A stretch of 54,919 nt of DNA from an uncultured Candidatus Actinomarina sp. GTDB lineage: Bacteria; Actinomycetota; Acidimicrobiia; Actinomarinales; Actinomarinaceae. Position 1 is the first letter of the stretch, and each line of letters begins with the position of its first letter. A model generated the notes under the pieces. That model searched no databases, had not been told where the DNA came from, and saw only the letters and a program-made list of their open reading frames with translations. Shown here piece after piece: positions 10,604-20,237 of this stretch. The position numbers and the translations under genes were made by a program. The stretch lies in contig CACJXH010000002.1 in NCBI GenBank assembly GCA_902597375.1, forward strand, positions 1-54,919, given 5' to 3'.

Positions 10604-11762
10604 CTGATTTTCTTCCTAAGATATTTTCGTACTTTTTAGCTAAAGTATCTGCAACTTCATCATGAATAATTTCCCAAGCATCCTCATTGATCACTTCATT
10701 AAAGAAGCCTTTAATTAATAATTTTTCGGCATCTTCTTTGTTTACTCCTCTAGACATTACATAGTGATATAGAGTTTCATCAATTGGCCCAACTGATGAA
10801 CCATGTCCACAAATAACGTCATCACAAAGAATCTCCAAGTTCGGAACAGATTGCGCTGATGCTTTTTCAGTTAGAATTATGTTTCTATTTTCTTGCTGAG
10901 ATTCTGTTTTAACAGCTCCCTCAGCAATATGTATAGTTCCTGTAAATATAGAAGAACTTTCATCACCTAATACACCTTTGGTAATCATATTTGATGTTGT
11001 GCTTTTGCCTAGGTGATTAACAAATACTCTTGTGTCATGTATCTGAGCATTCTCTCCAAAATATACACCATCAATTTCAAATCCAGAACCATTGCCATAT
11101 AAATCAATATCTAATCTTGATCTAGAAAACAAACCACCAGTACTGACCATATGAACAGATAGATTTGCATCATTTAGTAGTTTGGCATAAAGATTATTGA
11201 CAATACTTATTTCATTTTTTGATGTTACATTGATAATCAATTCTAGAGTTGCATTCTGTTCTAGAAATAATTCTATTGCAGGAAATATATTGCCATTTAC
11301 CAAATCACCAAAATTTAATAGGAGCTTACCTGATTTATTTTTTGCTACATTTACACCAAGATATGGGACTGCTGTTTCCTCATTTTGAAAATTAACTGAA
11401 TAGTACTGACTAAAGTCATCTTGAACATTAAGTTGAAATCCACCAGTTAATTTCTCGAATTGTTCAACCAAAAATTTATCTAATGGTCTTTTAATTGATT
11501 CGTCGATGATTGGTTTCTTTATATTCGCAATGTCTGTGACTTCTATTTTTTCTTCTTCAACGTTAACAACAAATTCGTGACAATTTGAATCAATGTTAAA
11601 TGTTTCATCTTTTTCAATATTTACAGGTTTACCAATTTCAAATTCTTTGACTGAATACACATTTTTTCCTGTGTATTTCCAGTCTTCATTTTTTACAGAT
11701 ATATCAGGAAAATCTTTAGATGTTATTTTTCCAAGATTTTTTTCAACTAATTTTGTGTTCAA
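10593..11762 (-). CDS. sufD: Fe-S cluster assembly protein SufD
   Basis: SufB/SufD-family C-terminal beta-helix region (PNLEILCDDVICGHGSSVGPID). TTG start with AGGAAG 7 nt upstream. No in-frame ATG until far downstream. Confidence 0.8.
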   Translation of the reverse strand: MNTKLVEKNLGKITSKDFPDISVKNEDWKYTGKNVYSVKEFEIGKPVNIEKDETFNIDSNCHEFVVNVEEEKIEVTDIANIKKPIIDESIKRPLDKFLVEQFEKLTGGFQLNVQDDFSQYYSVNFQNEETAVPYLGVNVAKNKSGKLLLNFGDLVNGNIFPAIELFLEQNATLELIINVTSKNEISIVNNLYAKLLNDANLSVHMVSTGGLFSRSRLDIDLYGNGSGFEIDGVYFGENAQIHDTRVFVNHLGKSTTSNMITKGVLGDESSSIFTGTIHIAEGAVKTESQQENRNIILTEKASAQSVPNLEILCDDVICGHGSSVGPIDETLYHYVMSRGVNKEDAEKLLIKGFFNEVINEDAWEIIHDEVADTLAKKYENILGRKSDES

Positions 11763-11778
11763 ATTACTTCCTATGCAA

Positions 11779-13188
11779 TTAACCTACGGCACCGGCCTCA
11801 ATCATATTGAGTTCGATTAATTTGTTAAATTCCATTGCATATTCCATTGGAAGTGTTTTAGTAAATTCTTCGACAAAGCCAGCAACGATCATTGAAGTTG
11901 CCTCTTCTTCGGAAAGCCCGCGACTCATCAAGTAAAAAAGCTGGTCTTCTCCAACTTTTGAAACTGTTGCTTCATGGCCAATTTCTGCTGAAGATTCTTC
12001 AATCTCCATATAAGGATACGTATCTGATCTAGATTCATCATCTAAAATCAGTGCATCACATCTTACAAAACTTTTTGCTGTTTCAGAACCATCCTCTACT
12101 CTAACTAAACCTCTATAGGCTCCTCTTCCACCACCTTTTGAAATAGATTTTGAAGTAATCAAGGAAGTAGTATCAGGAGCAAGATGTACCATCTTTGCAC
12201 CTGTGTCCTGATGTTGACCGCTATTTGCAAATGCGACTGACAAAACCTCACCATGAGCTCCTGGCTCCATCAAGTAAACAGATGGATATTTTACTGTTAA
12301 TCCTGAACCAAGGTTTGCATCGATCCATTCCATTGTTGCATTGCCATATGCTTGTGCTCTTTTTGTCACTAAGTTATAAACATCATTTGACCAGTTTTGG
12401 ATTGTTGTATATCTGCAAGTACCAGATGCCTTTACTACAATTTCGACCACTGCTGAGTGCAATGAATCAGTTGTGTAAACAGGTGCTGAACATCCCTCTA
12501 TATAATGAACTGATGCTCCCTCATCAACAAGAATTAAGGTTCTTTCAAATTGGCCCATATTCTCAGCATTGATTCTGAAATATGCCTGTAGAGGATCTTC
12601 AACATGAACTCCTTTTGGTACATAAATAAAAGATCCACCAGACCATACTGCAGAATTTAATGCTGCAAATTTATTGTCTCCAGGAGGAATAACTGTTCCA
12701 AAATATTCTTTAACAAGTTCGGGATATTCTCTGACAGCAGTGTCCATGTCACAAAATAGAACACCTAATTTCTCAAGATCTTCACGATTTTTGTGGTAAA
12801 CAACTTCACTTTCGTATTGTGCTGTAACTCCTGCAAGATAGCTTCTTTCTGCTTCAGGAATACCTAATTTTTCATAGGTTTGTTTGATCTCTTCAGGTAC
12901 TTCATCCCATGAATCTGCCTGATTTTCAGTTGGTTTGATGTAGTAATAGATATCATCGAAATCTAATTTATTTAGTTTATCTTTAGCTACCCATTCAGGC
13001 ATAGGTTTATCTAGAAATCTTTTATATGCTTTTAATCTAAAATCGAGCATCCATTCTGGCTCTTCTTTAATCTCAGACATTTTTCTAATAATGTCCTCAT
13101 TCAATCCTTTTTCAGGTTTAAAAACATTCTTTTCAGGGTCAGACCACCCCAAAGAGTATTTACCAATATCTATATCTACGTCAGTCAT
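11779..13188 (-). CDS. sufB: Fe-S cluster assembly protein SufB
   Basis: 469 aa. Typical SufB blocks ([54 protein letters not shown]). Confidence 0.9.
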   Translation of the reverse strand: MTDVDIDIGKYSLGWSDPEKNVFKPEKGLNEDIIRKMSEIKEEPEWMLDFRLKAYKRFLDKPMPEWVAKDKLNKLDFDDIYYYIKPTENQADSWDEVPEEIKQTYEKLGIPEAERSYLAGVTAQYESEVVYHKNREDLEKLGVLFCDMDTAVREYPELVKEYFGTVIPPGDNKFAALNSAVWSGGSFIYVPKGVHVEDPLQAYFRINAENMGQFERTLILVDEGASVHYIEGCSAPVYTTDSLHSAVVEIVVKASGTCRYTTIQNWSNDVYNLVTKRAQAYGNATMEWIDANLGSGLTVKYPSVYLMEPGAHGEVLSVAFANSGQHQDTGAKMVHLAPDTTSLITSKSISKGGGRGAYRGLVRVEDGSETAKSFVRCDALILDDESRSDTYPYMEIEESSAEIGHEATVSKVGEDQLFYLMSRGLSEEEATSMIVAGFVEEFTKTLPMEYAMEFNKLIELNMIEAGAVG

Positions 13189-13215
13189 AATTTAATTCTA
13201 GTTAAGTCTCGTTTC

Positions 13216-13253
13216 AATAATAAGAGCAATGAATATAGATTTCTCTTATTATT
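13216..13253. promoter_or_regulatory. 11-bp perfect inverted repeat AATAATAAGAG-N16-CTCTTATTATT in the sufB divergent promoter region
   Basis: Read directly. Arms are 13216-13226 and 13243-13253, which is 28-65 nt upstream of the sufB start. Function is unknown (operator or leader hairpin). The AT-rich context lowers its significance. Confidence 0.3.
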
Positions 13254-13269
13254 AATTAAACTTTAATTG

Positions 13270-13704
13270 ATGCCTGTTATATGTGTAAATCCATCAAATA
13301 GTTCTGAAAAAGAAATTGTTGAAAAACTATCCTTGCAAAATGGTGATTTGAGGGTGTTTTTATCTGATCAATTAGAAGAAACATTTAATAAATCTATTCC
13401 TGGAAAAAAAGCAATAGGTGATATTTTAGATGATACTCACATCTCAACAGCTTCACACGGTGCATTTTGTGGCGTATTTTTTGAAGATATCAAATCGGAT
13501 CTTAGAAATGTTTTTCTAAGTGCTATTAAAGAAAGTACCCTAAAAAGAATTTTATGGGTTTCAGAAAGTGCACCTGCTGATGAAATTTTAAAAATAAGTA
13601 ACTTGGCTTATTTGCAACATAAAAATTATGAAAATTTAACAGAAGAAATCTTGGAGTTAGAAAGTAAAGAAGAAATAGAATTTGGTTTAAAGAAAATAAG
13701 GTAA
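13270..13704 (+). CDS. hypothetical protein (144 aa); possible minimal PD-(D/E)xK fold
   Basis: ATG 13270. No family recognised. AIGDILDD...GAFCGVFFEDIKS could form a D...(D/E)-x-K hairpin. The stop lies 6 nt before the methyltransferase start. Confidence 0.5.
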   Translation: MPVICVNPSNSSEKEIVEKLSLQNGDLRVFLSDQLEETFNKSIPGKKAIGDILDDTHISTASHGAFCGVFFEDIKSDLRNVFLSAIKESTLKRILWVSESAPADEILKISNLAYLQHKNYENLTEEILELESKEEIEFGLKKIR

Positions 13705-13710
13705 TAGATC

Positions 13711-14541
13711 ATGTCAAAAGAATCAGTTTATAAAGATGGATCAGGTTCAAGAAAAGGATTTGTTTCAAAATTTCAAACTGAGACTAACTTTGAAACACAA
13801 TCAGATAACAATGTATCAAAGTTAAAAAATAAAATATTTAATAAAAGTGCCGAACATATGAGTGAGTTAATTGATAATTGTGTCTCTTTAACGGTTACTT
13901 CTCCTCCATATAACATTGGCAAATTGAGTGATCTTGATCTTGATGACAAAAAATATTGGAAGTTAATGGAATCATGTTTTAAAGAAGTTTACAGAGTTAC
14001 AGAATCAGGAGGTCGTCTAGTTGTTAATGTAGCAAATTTAGGAAGGAAGCCTTATATACCTTTCTCAAATAAATTTACGGACTTGTTAACTAAATTAGGA
14101 TTCATTATGAGGGGTGAAATAATATGGCAAAAATCTAAAGGTGCTAACGCAAACTTTGCGTGGGGCAGTTGGTTATCTGCTTCAAATCCAGTGATTAGAG
14201 ATCTACATGAATACTGTTTGGTATTTTCAAAAGAATCATTTAATAGAAACAAGGAAGGTGTATCTACAATTGATAAAGAAGAATTTATGGATTCAACACT
14301 TTCAATATGGAATATTCTTCCAGCTAAGGCAAAAAAAATTGGACATCCAGCACCTTTTCCTGAAGAACTAGTTGATAGATTTATAAATTTATATTCTTAT
14401 AAGAATGAATTAATACTTGATCCATTTATGGGAAGTGGAACAACAGCTTTGGCTGCTTTAAATTCAAATAGAAAGTATGTCGGTTACGAAATAAATAAAG
14501 AGTATTGTGATTTGGCTAACAAAAGAATTAAAGATCGTTAA
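13711..14541 (+). CDS. beta-class DNA methyltransferase (N4-cytosine/N6-adenine; SPPY favours m4C)
   Basis: Motif IV TVTSPPYNIG precedes motif I LDPFMGSGTTALAA (beta permutation, PF01555-like). Confidence 0.8.
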   Translation: MSKESVYKDGSGSRKGFVSKFQTETNFETQSDNNVSKLKNKIFNKSAEHMSELIDNCVSLTVTSPPYNIGKLSDLDLDDKKYWKLMESCFKEVYRVTESGGRLVVNVANLGRKPYIPFSNKFTDLLTKLGFIMRGEIIWQKSKGANANFAWGSWLSASNPVIRDLHEYCLVFSKESFNRNKEGVSTIDKEEFMDSTLSIWNILPAKAKKIGHPAPFPEELVDRFINLYSYKNELILDPFMGSGTTALAALNSNRKYVGYEINKEYCDLANKRIKDR

Positions 14542-16228
14542 CTAAATTCCAAGCAGAAAAAAGATCTTTGTAGGTCTGATTATTTTTTAACAAATTGTTA
14601 TGGCTGTCAAAACCAATTAAATTACCATTTTCCATCACCATTATTTTTTCAGCATTTAAAACTGTTTCAAGCCTGTGAGCAATAACTATCGAAGTTTGAA
14701 AAGCCAAAAGCTTTTCGGTTGCATCTAAAATTGACGACTCAGATTCAATGTCTAAGTTGGCTGTTGCCTCGTCAAAAACAATAATTTTTCGTTTTGCCAA
14801 TACAGCTCTTAAAAGAGCTACAAATTGTCTTTCCCCTGCTGAAATATTTCCACCTCTTTCTCCAACCTCTTGATCAAGTGTGTTTTCATATCTATCAAAC
14901 CAGTCAAGAACACCTATAGAAGATAATTCCTCTTCCAAAGATTCAAAATTAGGTTTTGAATACATGAGATTTTCTCGAATTGTTCCCCTGAACAAGAAGC
15001 TTTCTTGTGGAACAAATGCAACATTTTCTCTAACCCAATCTTCATCAACATCGTTAGAATCGACACCAAAATATTTCATACTGCCATTTGTAGGAAGATA
15101 AAATCTTAGAATTAATTTTGCAATAGTACTTTTACCCGCTCCTGTTTCTCCGACAATAGCAATCTTGTCTCCTTTATTTATTGAAAATGAAACTCCATGC
15201 AAGACATTTTCTCTTCCATATGAAAACGATACATTATCAAATTCAACTGTCTGCTCTAGATCATTATCAGGAAACTCTTCACCTTTTTTGCTCAAATTAG
15301 GCTTTTCATCAAGAATTGAGAAAACTTTTTTCATTGAGGAACCCGCTGATCTCAATGTATCGTAATTAAATGACAATTGGATGAGAGGGTCAAAAAAATA
15401 GTTTAAATAAAATAGAAGTGCAACCAATTCTCCAACGGAAAGAGTTCCTTCAGATATTCTCTGAGAGCCAAACCATAAGACTGTTGCTATCGATGACACT
15501 CTTGTAAATTCCAAAAATGGAAAATAAACTGCAATGTTTCTTGCTGATCTCATGTTTGCTTTGAAATGTTCTTTATTGACTTTTTTAAATCTTTTTATTT
15601 GAGTATCTTCATCGGTATATGCTTGAATCACTCTGACACCAGAAATGCCTTCCTGAAGAGAGGATAGCACTTGTCCTATCCACTCTCTTACCTCCCAATA
15701 AGTTGTGTCAGCATAGTTTCTGAAAACTTTAGTTGCTATTGCCAATATCGGCATGATTACAAAAGCAAGTATGGATAACTGAACATCTACCAAAAAGACA
15801 GCAACAACAGCACCAAATATTGTTAACAACGCTGTTATCACACTACTTGCGCCCTCTCTCGCAAATTCATTTAAACTCTGCATATCTGAAGTTAGTCGAG
15901 CAACCAATACACCTGTTTTATTTTTTTCAAAATAGTTAATATCAAGTGAAGACATATGTCTAAATAATTTTTCTCTCACTCTACGGACATAGGTCTCTCC
16001 TACCATACCTATTGAAAGCAACGCCTGACTAGTGACAAAATACAGAAGAATTAATGTAATAAAATAAAATAAAGATTGTTGAAGAACATAGTTGTAGTCA
16101 GATTTTAATACGCCGTCATCTATTCCATTTGATATTAGATTTGGTCCCACCATTCTTAATCCTGTTGCTAATAGAGCAATGAATGAGCTAATAAAAAATT
16201 TGTTGATTACCTCTGGAACCAATTTCAT
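14528..16228 (-). CDS. ABC exporter subunit (TMD-NBD half transporter) with a degenerate signature motif
   Basis: Six-TM exporter domain plus NBD. Walker A GETGAGKST, Walker B IIVFDEATANLD, signature ISAGERQ (non-canonical). I chose ATG 16228 (MKLVPEV), 28 nt after the upstream stop. The track start at 16327 would overlap the neighbour by 71 nt. Confidence 0.8.
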   Translation of the reverse strand: MKLVPEVINKFFISSFIALLATGLRMVGPNLISNGIDDGVLKSDYNYVLQQSLFYFITLILLYFVTSQALLSIGMVGETYVRRVREKLFRHMSSLDINYFEKNKTGVLVARLTSDMQSLNEFAREGASSVITALLTIFGAVVAVFLVDVQLSILAFVIMPILAIATKVFRNYADTTYWEVREWIGQVLSSLQEGISGVRVIQAYTDEDTQIKRFKKVNKEHFKANMRSARNIAVYFPFLEFTRVSSIATVLWFGSQRISEGTLSVGELVALLFYLNYFFDPLIQLSFNYDTLRSAGSSMKKVFSILDEKPNLSKKGEEFPDNDLEQTVEFDNVSFSYGRENVLHGVSFSINKGDKIAIVGETGAGKSTIAKLILRFYLPTNGSMKYFGVDSNDVDEDWVRENVAFVPQESFLFRGTIRENLMYSKPNFESLEEELSSIGVLDWFDRYENTLDQEVGERGGNISAGERQFVALLRAVLAKRKIIVFDEATANLDIESESSILDATEKLLAFQTSIVIAHRLETVLNAEKIMVMENGNLIGFDSHNNLLKNNQTYKDLFSAWNLVNDL

Positions 16229-16256
16229 AGATCTTGAAAAAGTTTTATCTTTCAAC

Positions 16257-18032
16257 TTAATTTTGCACTTTCTGTTCTTCCAAGAATAAATTTCTATACG
16301 AAGATACATCCTCAAGAATGTCGTCATGTTTTCCTTGAGCTTTAATCTTTCCGTCCTCTATAAATAAAACCTCATCGCATAATTCAATAGTTGGAACCCT
16401 ATTAGTAATAATTAAAGTTGTCATTTTGTTCATAACATTCTTTAATTCATTCCTGATCTCTTCTTCGGTTGAGGCATCAACCGCAGAAAGAGCATCATCG
16501 AGTATTAATATTTTTGGATTTCTTACGATTGCACGTGCAAGTGCAATTCTTTGACGCTGTCCACCAGATAATCCATAGCCACGTTCACCGACTTTAGTTT
16601 CATATGTCTCTGGTAATTGTGATATAAACTCGTGTGCTTTTGCAATTATTGCAGCTTCTTCAACTTTCTCTTGAGAGGCCTCAATTGAACCAATTGCAAT
16701 ATTATCTTTGGCTGAATTTGAAAATAAGAAACTTTCCTCAAAAGCTAAACTGACATTACTCCTTAGCTCTTCTAGTTTAATATTTGCAATATCTACTCCA
16801 TCGATTTTTATATTTCCTGAATCGATGTCATATAGTCTTGGAAGTAAATATGCTAGTGTTGACTTTCCTGATCCAGTTGCACCAACAATAGCAATTGTTT
16901 TTTGACCACCAACTTTAAAAGTAAGATCTCTAAAAATATTTTCGTTACCATAACTAAAATTTACATTTTCAAATTCAATACTTCCATTTCCATTTTCGGG
17001 AAAAGACTCTAGCATTTCATTATCAAAAATTGAAGGTTGTTCGTCCAATAACTGTAAGATTCTATTTCCTGCTGAAACACTTGAAGGAATTTCAGACAAG
17101 AACCACGCTGTTATTCTGAGTGGCCAAATTAATAATATGACGTATTGAGTGAAAGCTATAAAGTCGCCTAACGTGATTAAATCATTTAATGCTAGGTAAC
17201 CTCCTAGCAAAAGGACAACTAAAGTGATAATCATTGGTATCAGTTCAAACATAGGAACAAATCTTGTTCTTAGATGTAAAAAATCTATAGAGGTATTATA
17301 AATTTTACCTATTGAGCTTTCTACTTTTTCTGATGCTTCATTTTCATTTCCAAAAGCTTTTACAACTCTAATACCACCTAATTGTTCCTCAACTTCAGTG
17401 GTCATCTCTGCTTCGGCCTCTTTTACCCTTAACGAGATTTCCATTGCCTTTGATGCAAAAATACCAGCTAGCCAAAGAACTAGCGGAATCGATAATAGAA
17501 CTATAATTCCCAGGGTAAAACTTATCGACACAAGCGTAATGCTAAGAATTAGAAGAAGAAATACATTAGCGGTTGCTAAAGGTGCAATTGCAAAAGCGAG
17601 CCTTACTTGTGATGCATCACTTGATGCCCTCGCCATTAATTCACCTGTTGGCACTTTATCATGATATTTAAATGCAAGTTTTTGCATATGACCAAAGATG
17701 CTATTTCGAATCTCTGCTTCAACATTGAATGAAACAGACATACTAAAGTATCTTCTTATGCCTATTGAAGCCGCTCTTATGTATCCAATAACTATTAAAA
17801 AAGAAATGAAGACAACAATTATTTGGCGATTATTAGCAACAATACCATCATCGACAATTCTTTTTATGAGATATGGATGTAACACAACAAGGAAACACCA
17901 AATCACCGCAGACGACATTGAAATTAAAAAGTGTTTACGATTATTTTTTACTTCCTGCACATAAAACGTAAGAGCTCTTTTAAATTCAGCGGTTTTGAAG
18001 ACATCAAACATACTTTTTAATAATAAATGCAT
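16257..18032 (-). CDS. ABC exporter subunit (TMD-NBD half transporter) with Walker B D-D
   Basis: Walker A GATGSGKST, canonical signature LSGGQRQRIALARAI, and Walker B ILILDDALSAVD (catalytic Glu replaced by Asp). Confidence 0.85.
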   Translation of the reverse strand: MHLLLKSMFDVFKTAEFKRALTFYVQEVKNNRKHFLISMSSAVIWCFLVVLHPYLIKRIVDDGIVANNRQIIVVFISFLIVIGYIRAASIGIRRYFSMSVSFNVEAEIRNSIFGHMQKLAFKYHDKVPTGELMARASSDASQVRLAFAIAPLATANVFLLLILSITLVSISFTLGIIVLLSIPLVLWLAGIFASKAMEISLRVKEAEAEMTTEVEEQLGGIRVVKAFGNENEASEKVESSIGKIYNTSIDFLHLRTRFVPMFELIPMIITLVVLLLGGYLALNDLITLGDFIAFTQYVILLIWPLRITAWFLSEIPSSVSAGNRILQLLDEQPSIFDNEMLESFPENGNGSIEFENVNFSYGNENIFRDLTFKVGGQKTIAIVGATGSGKSTLAYLLPRLYDIDSGNIKIDGVDIANIKLEELRSNVSLAFEESFLFSNSAKDNIAIGSIEASQEKVEEAAIIAKAHEFISQLPETYETKVGERGYGLSGGQRQRIALARAIVRNPKILILDDALSAVDASTEEEIRNELKNVMNKMTTLIITNRVPTIELCDEVLFIEDGKIKAQGKHDDILEDVSSYRNLFLEEQKVQN

Positions 18033-18091
18033 AAGAAATAAACAGTAAGGACTTTGTGCATTATTTCACAAGCATATTAGAGTTCAATTTA

Positions 18092-19609
18092 ATGAACGAT
18101 GTATTAGATAAAAAAATTGAGGATGTTTTAGATTCTGCTGACAGAATGTTTATAGCTACAAGTGTCGGTGGAAACTCATCTGGTGCTTCAGTTTTCTATG
18201 CTCGTGATGGAGAAGATCTTGTATTCTTCACGTTTAATCCAACTAGAAAAGCTGAACAAATCCGTCTAAATCCAAGAGTTCATGTTGTCATATGGCCAAA
18301 AGGACAAGAAGGGATTAGAGGTTTACAGATAGATGGAGAATGTTACAAAATCAAAGATGAGGATGAAAAAGAAAAAGCTTATGAAATGGTTCTCTCAACT
18401 ACTGAAGCTTTTAAAGAATATATGGAAGATGAATTTTTAAAGAAAAATGATGTTGTTGGTTATTACCGAATCAAACCAACAACTGTAAAATACGTTGACT
18501 TTTATCAGGAAGAGCAATTTGAGTGGAAAACATATCCAGCTAATAGAACTTCGGCTGTGAAGTTCGCTTTTAAACTAGCGTTAAAAAGAGTTGGTCTGTG
18601 GCTACGTACTGTTAGAGCCCCCTTTCTAACAGCTACTATTGCGCCAATACTAATCGGTGCATCAGTGGCATGGAGTGATCTAAAATCAGAAAATTTAAAC
18701 AGTACGTGGTCATGGAACATGTTTTGGCTTGTATTAGGTGGTGCTTGTCTAGCACAGATAGCTACTAATGCATCAAATGATTATTTTGATCATACTTCAA
18801 ATGCTGATGAGATAAACAAAGTCGCAAGTCCTTTTAATGGAGGAAGTAGGGTGATTCAGGTTGGTTTAATGACACCTGGACAAGTACTTCTAACTGCATT
18901 GGTGAGTATTATTGGAACCGTTGGTATTGGTTTATATATAAACCAACAAATTAGTGGTTTTGTTTTTGGAAACACACCAATTCTTTGGACTGGAATAATA
19001 GGAACCTTTTTAGCACTTGGCTACACGGGTGACCCCATAAGACTTGGGTATAAGGGTTTTGGAGAAATCGCAATAGCTTTAGGTTTTGGGCCTGTAATGG
19101 TAATGGGTGCACATTATGTTCTTACTGCACCAATACATAATAATGATTTGACCCTTTGGAACTGGGCTGAAGCCCTAATTGCATCTATACCAATTGCGTT
19201 ATTAGTAATGCTTATCGTTTGGATAAATCAATTTCAAGACGCCCCTTCTGATGCAGCTGTTGGTAAGAACACTTGGGTTGTTCGTACAGCTGTTAATGAT
19301 GGCTGGATGAGGTTAGAAAAACCATTGTCTCTTTACAAACAATTTATGATTGAGGCTTTTGCATCTGTAGCTTTGATTGGAATATTAAGTTTCTTCACAG
19401 ATTTTGGAACAGTTTATGCATTCATAGCATTGCTTCCTTTAGGATTAGTTTGGAAAGCATTCAAAATGGCCGATGATTGGATGGTTAAATGGAACGATCC
19501 TCAAGCAGATCGTCAAAAAGTACCTTATGAACTCCTCCTTGTTAATGTATCAACTATTGGAATTCATTTTTTAACAGGGATACTCCTAGCTGTTGCTTAT
19601 TTCATCTAA
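18092..19609 (+). CDS. menA: fusion protein: N-terminal PNPOx-like FMN-binding split-barrel domain plus C-terminal MenA-type (UbiA family) polyprenyltransferase
   Basis: N-terminal about 150 aa: MFIATSVGGNSSGASVFYARDGEDLVFFTFNPTRKAEQIRLNPRVHVVIW (PNPOx family look). C-terminal part: multi-TM with NASNDYFDHTSNAD and QDAPSDAAVGKNTWVV (MenA N-x-x-x-D-x-x-x-D and D-x-x-x-D...GK-T motifs). ATG at 18092. Confidence 0.7.
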   Translation: MNDVLDKKIEDVLDSADRMFIATSVGGNSSGASVFYARDGEDLVFFTFNPTRKAEQIRLNPRVHVVIWPKGQEGIRGLQIDGECYKIKDEDEKEKAYEMVLSTTEAFKEYMEDEFLKKNDVVGYYRIKPTTVKYVDFYQEEQFEWKTYPANRTSAVKFAFKLALKRVGLWLRTVRAPFLTATIAPILIGASVAWSDLKSENLNSTWSWNMFWLVLGGACLAQIATNASNDYFDHTSNADEINKVASPFNGGSRVIQVGLMTPGQVLLTALVSIIGTVGIGLYINQQISGFVFGNTPILWTGIIGTFLALGYTGDPIRLGYKGFGEIAIALGFGPVMVMGAHYVLTAPIHNNDLTLWNWAEALIASIPIALLVMLIVWINQFQDAPSDAAVGKNTWVVRTAVNDGWMRLEKPLSLYKQFMIEAFASVALIGILSFFTDFGTVYAFIALLPLGLVWKAFKMADDWMVKWNDPQADRQKVPYELLLVNVSTIGIHFLTGILLAVAYFI

Positions 19610-20233
19610 TTGAACGAATCAGCAAATTTCTCTAACATTCATAAATTTTACGATTTTATAAATTCACTAACTACTTTAGGTTTTGATAAATCATGGAGAA
19701 AGCAAGCTGCTGACAAATTAAACCCTGGAAATGTTCTTGATCTTGGAAGTGGAACTGGTGCTTCATATTCCGACCTTAAAAATTTTGATGTAACAGCTCT
19801 TGATCCAGATGAGCAAATGCTTTCATTAAACAAATTTGAAAAAAAAGTTGTTGGTAAAGGTGAAGAGCTGCCTTTTAACGAAAATTCATTTGATAATGTT
19901 TTATGTTGTTTCGTATGGAGAAATGTTGACGATACACAGAAAACACTTAGTGAAGTCTATCGAGTACTTAAGCCTGGAGGTAAGTTCATATTGCTTGATA
20001 TGACAAGACCAAAAAATTCGTTTTTGAAACAAATTCACAAAATTGGGACATTTATTTTGTTGCATTTTGTTGGCCTCATAACATTGAATCTTAAAGAATA
20101 TAGGTTCTTATATAAATCTCTTGATTTTTATCCTCAACCTGAAGTTCATTTGACTAAAAACAATTACACAAATCTTGTCATTGAAAGGGTTGGGATATTT
20201 GATTTTGTTTATTTGGGAGTGTTTACTAAATAG
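19610..20233 (+). CDS. menG: UbiE/MenG-type demethylmenaquinone methyltransferase
   Basis: YDFINSLTTLGFDKSWRK (UbiE YD.MN...S.G.H..WR block) and SAM motif VLDLGSGTG. TTG start immediately after the menA-fusion stop. No ATG available near the N-terminus. Confidence 0.65.
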   Translation: MNESANFSNIHKFYDFINSLTTLGFDKSWRKQAADKLNPGNVLDLGSGTGASYSDLKNFDVTALDPDEQMLSLNKFEKKVVGKGEELPFNENSFDNVLCCFVWRNVDDTQKTLSEVYRVLKPGGKFILLDMTRPKNSFLKQIHKIGTFILLHFVGLITLNLKEYRFLYKSLDFYPQPEVHLTKNNYTNLVIERVGIFDFVYLGVFTK

Positions 20234-20237
20234 AAGT

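Noticed and set aside
16229-16327. Extended start of the downstream ABC exporter subunit, overlapping its partner by 71 nt
   Set aside because: The extension is basic and low-complexity with no homology. ATG 16228 gives a normal N-terminus and a 28-nt spacer.
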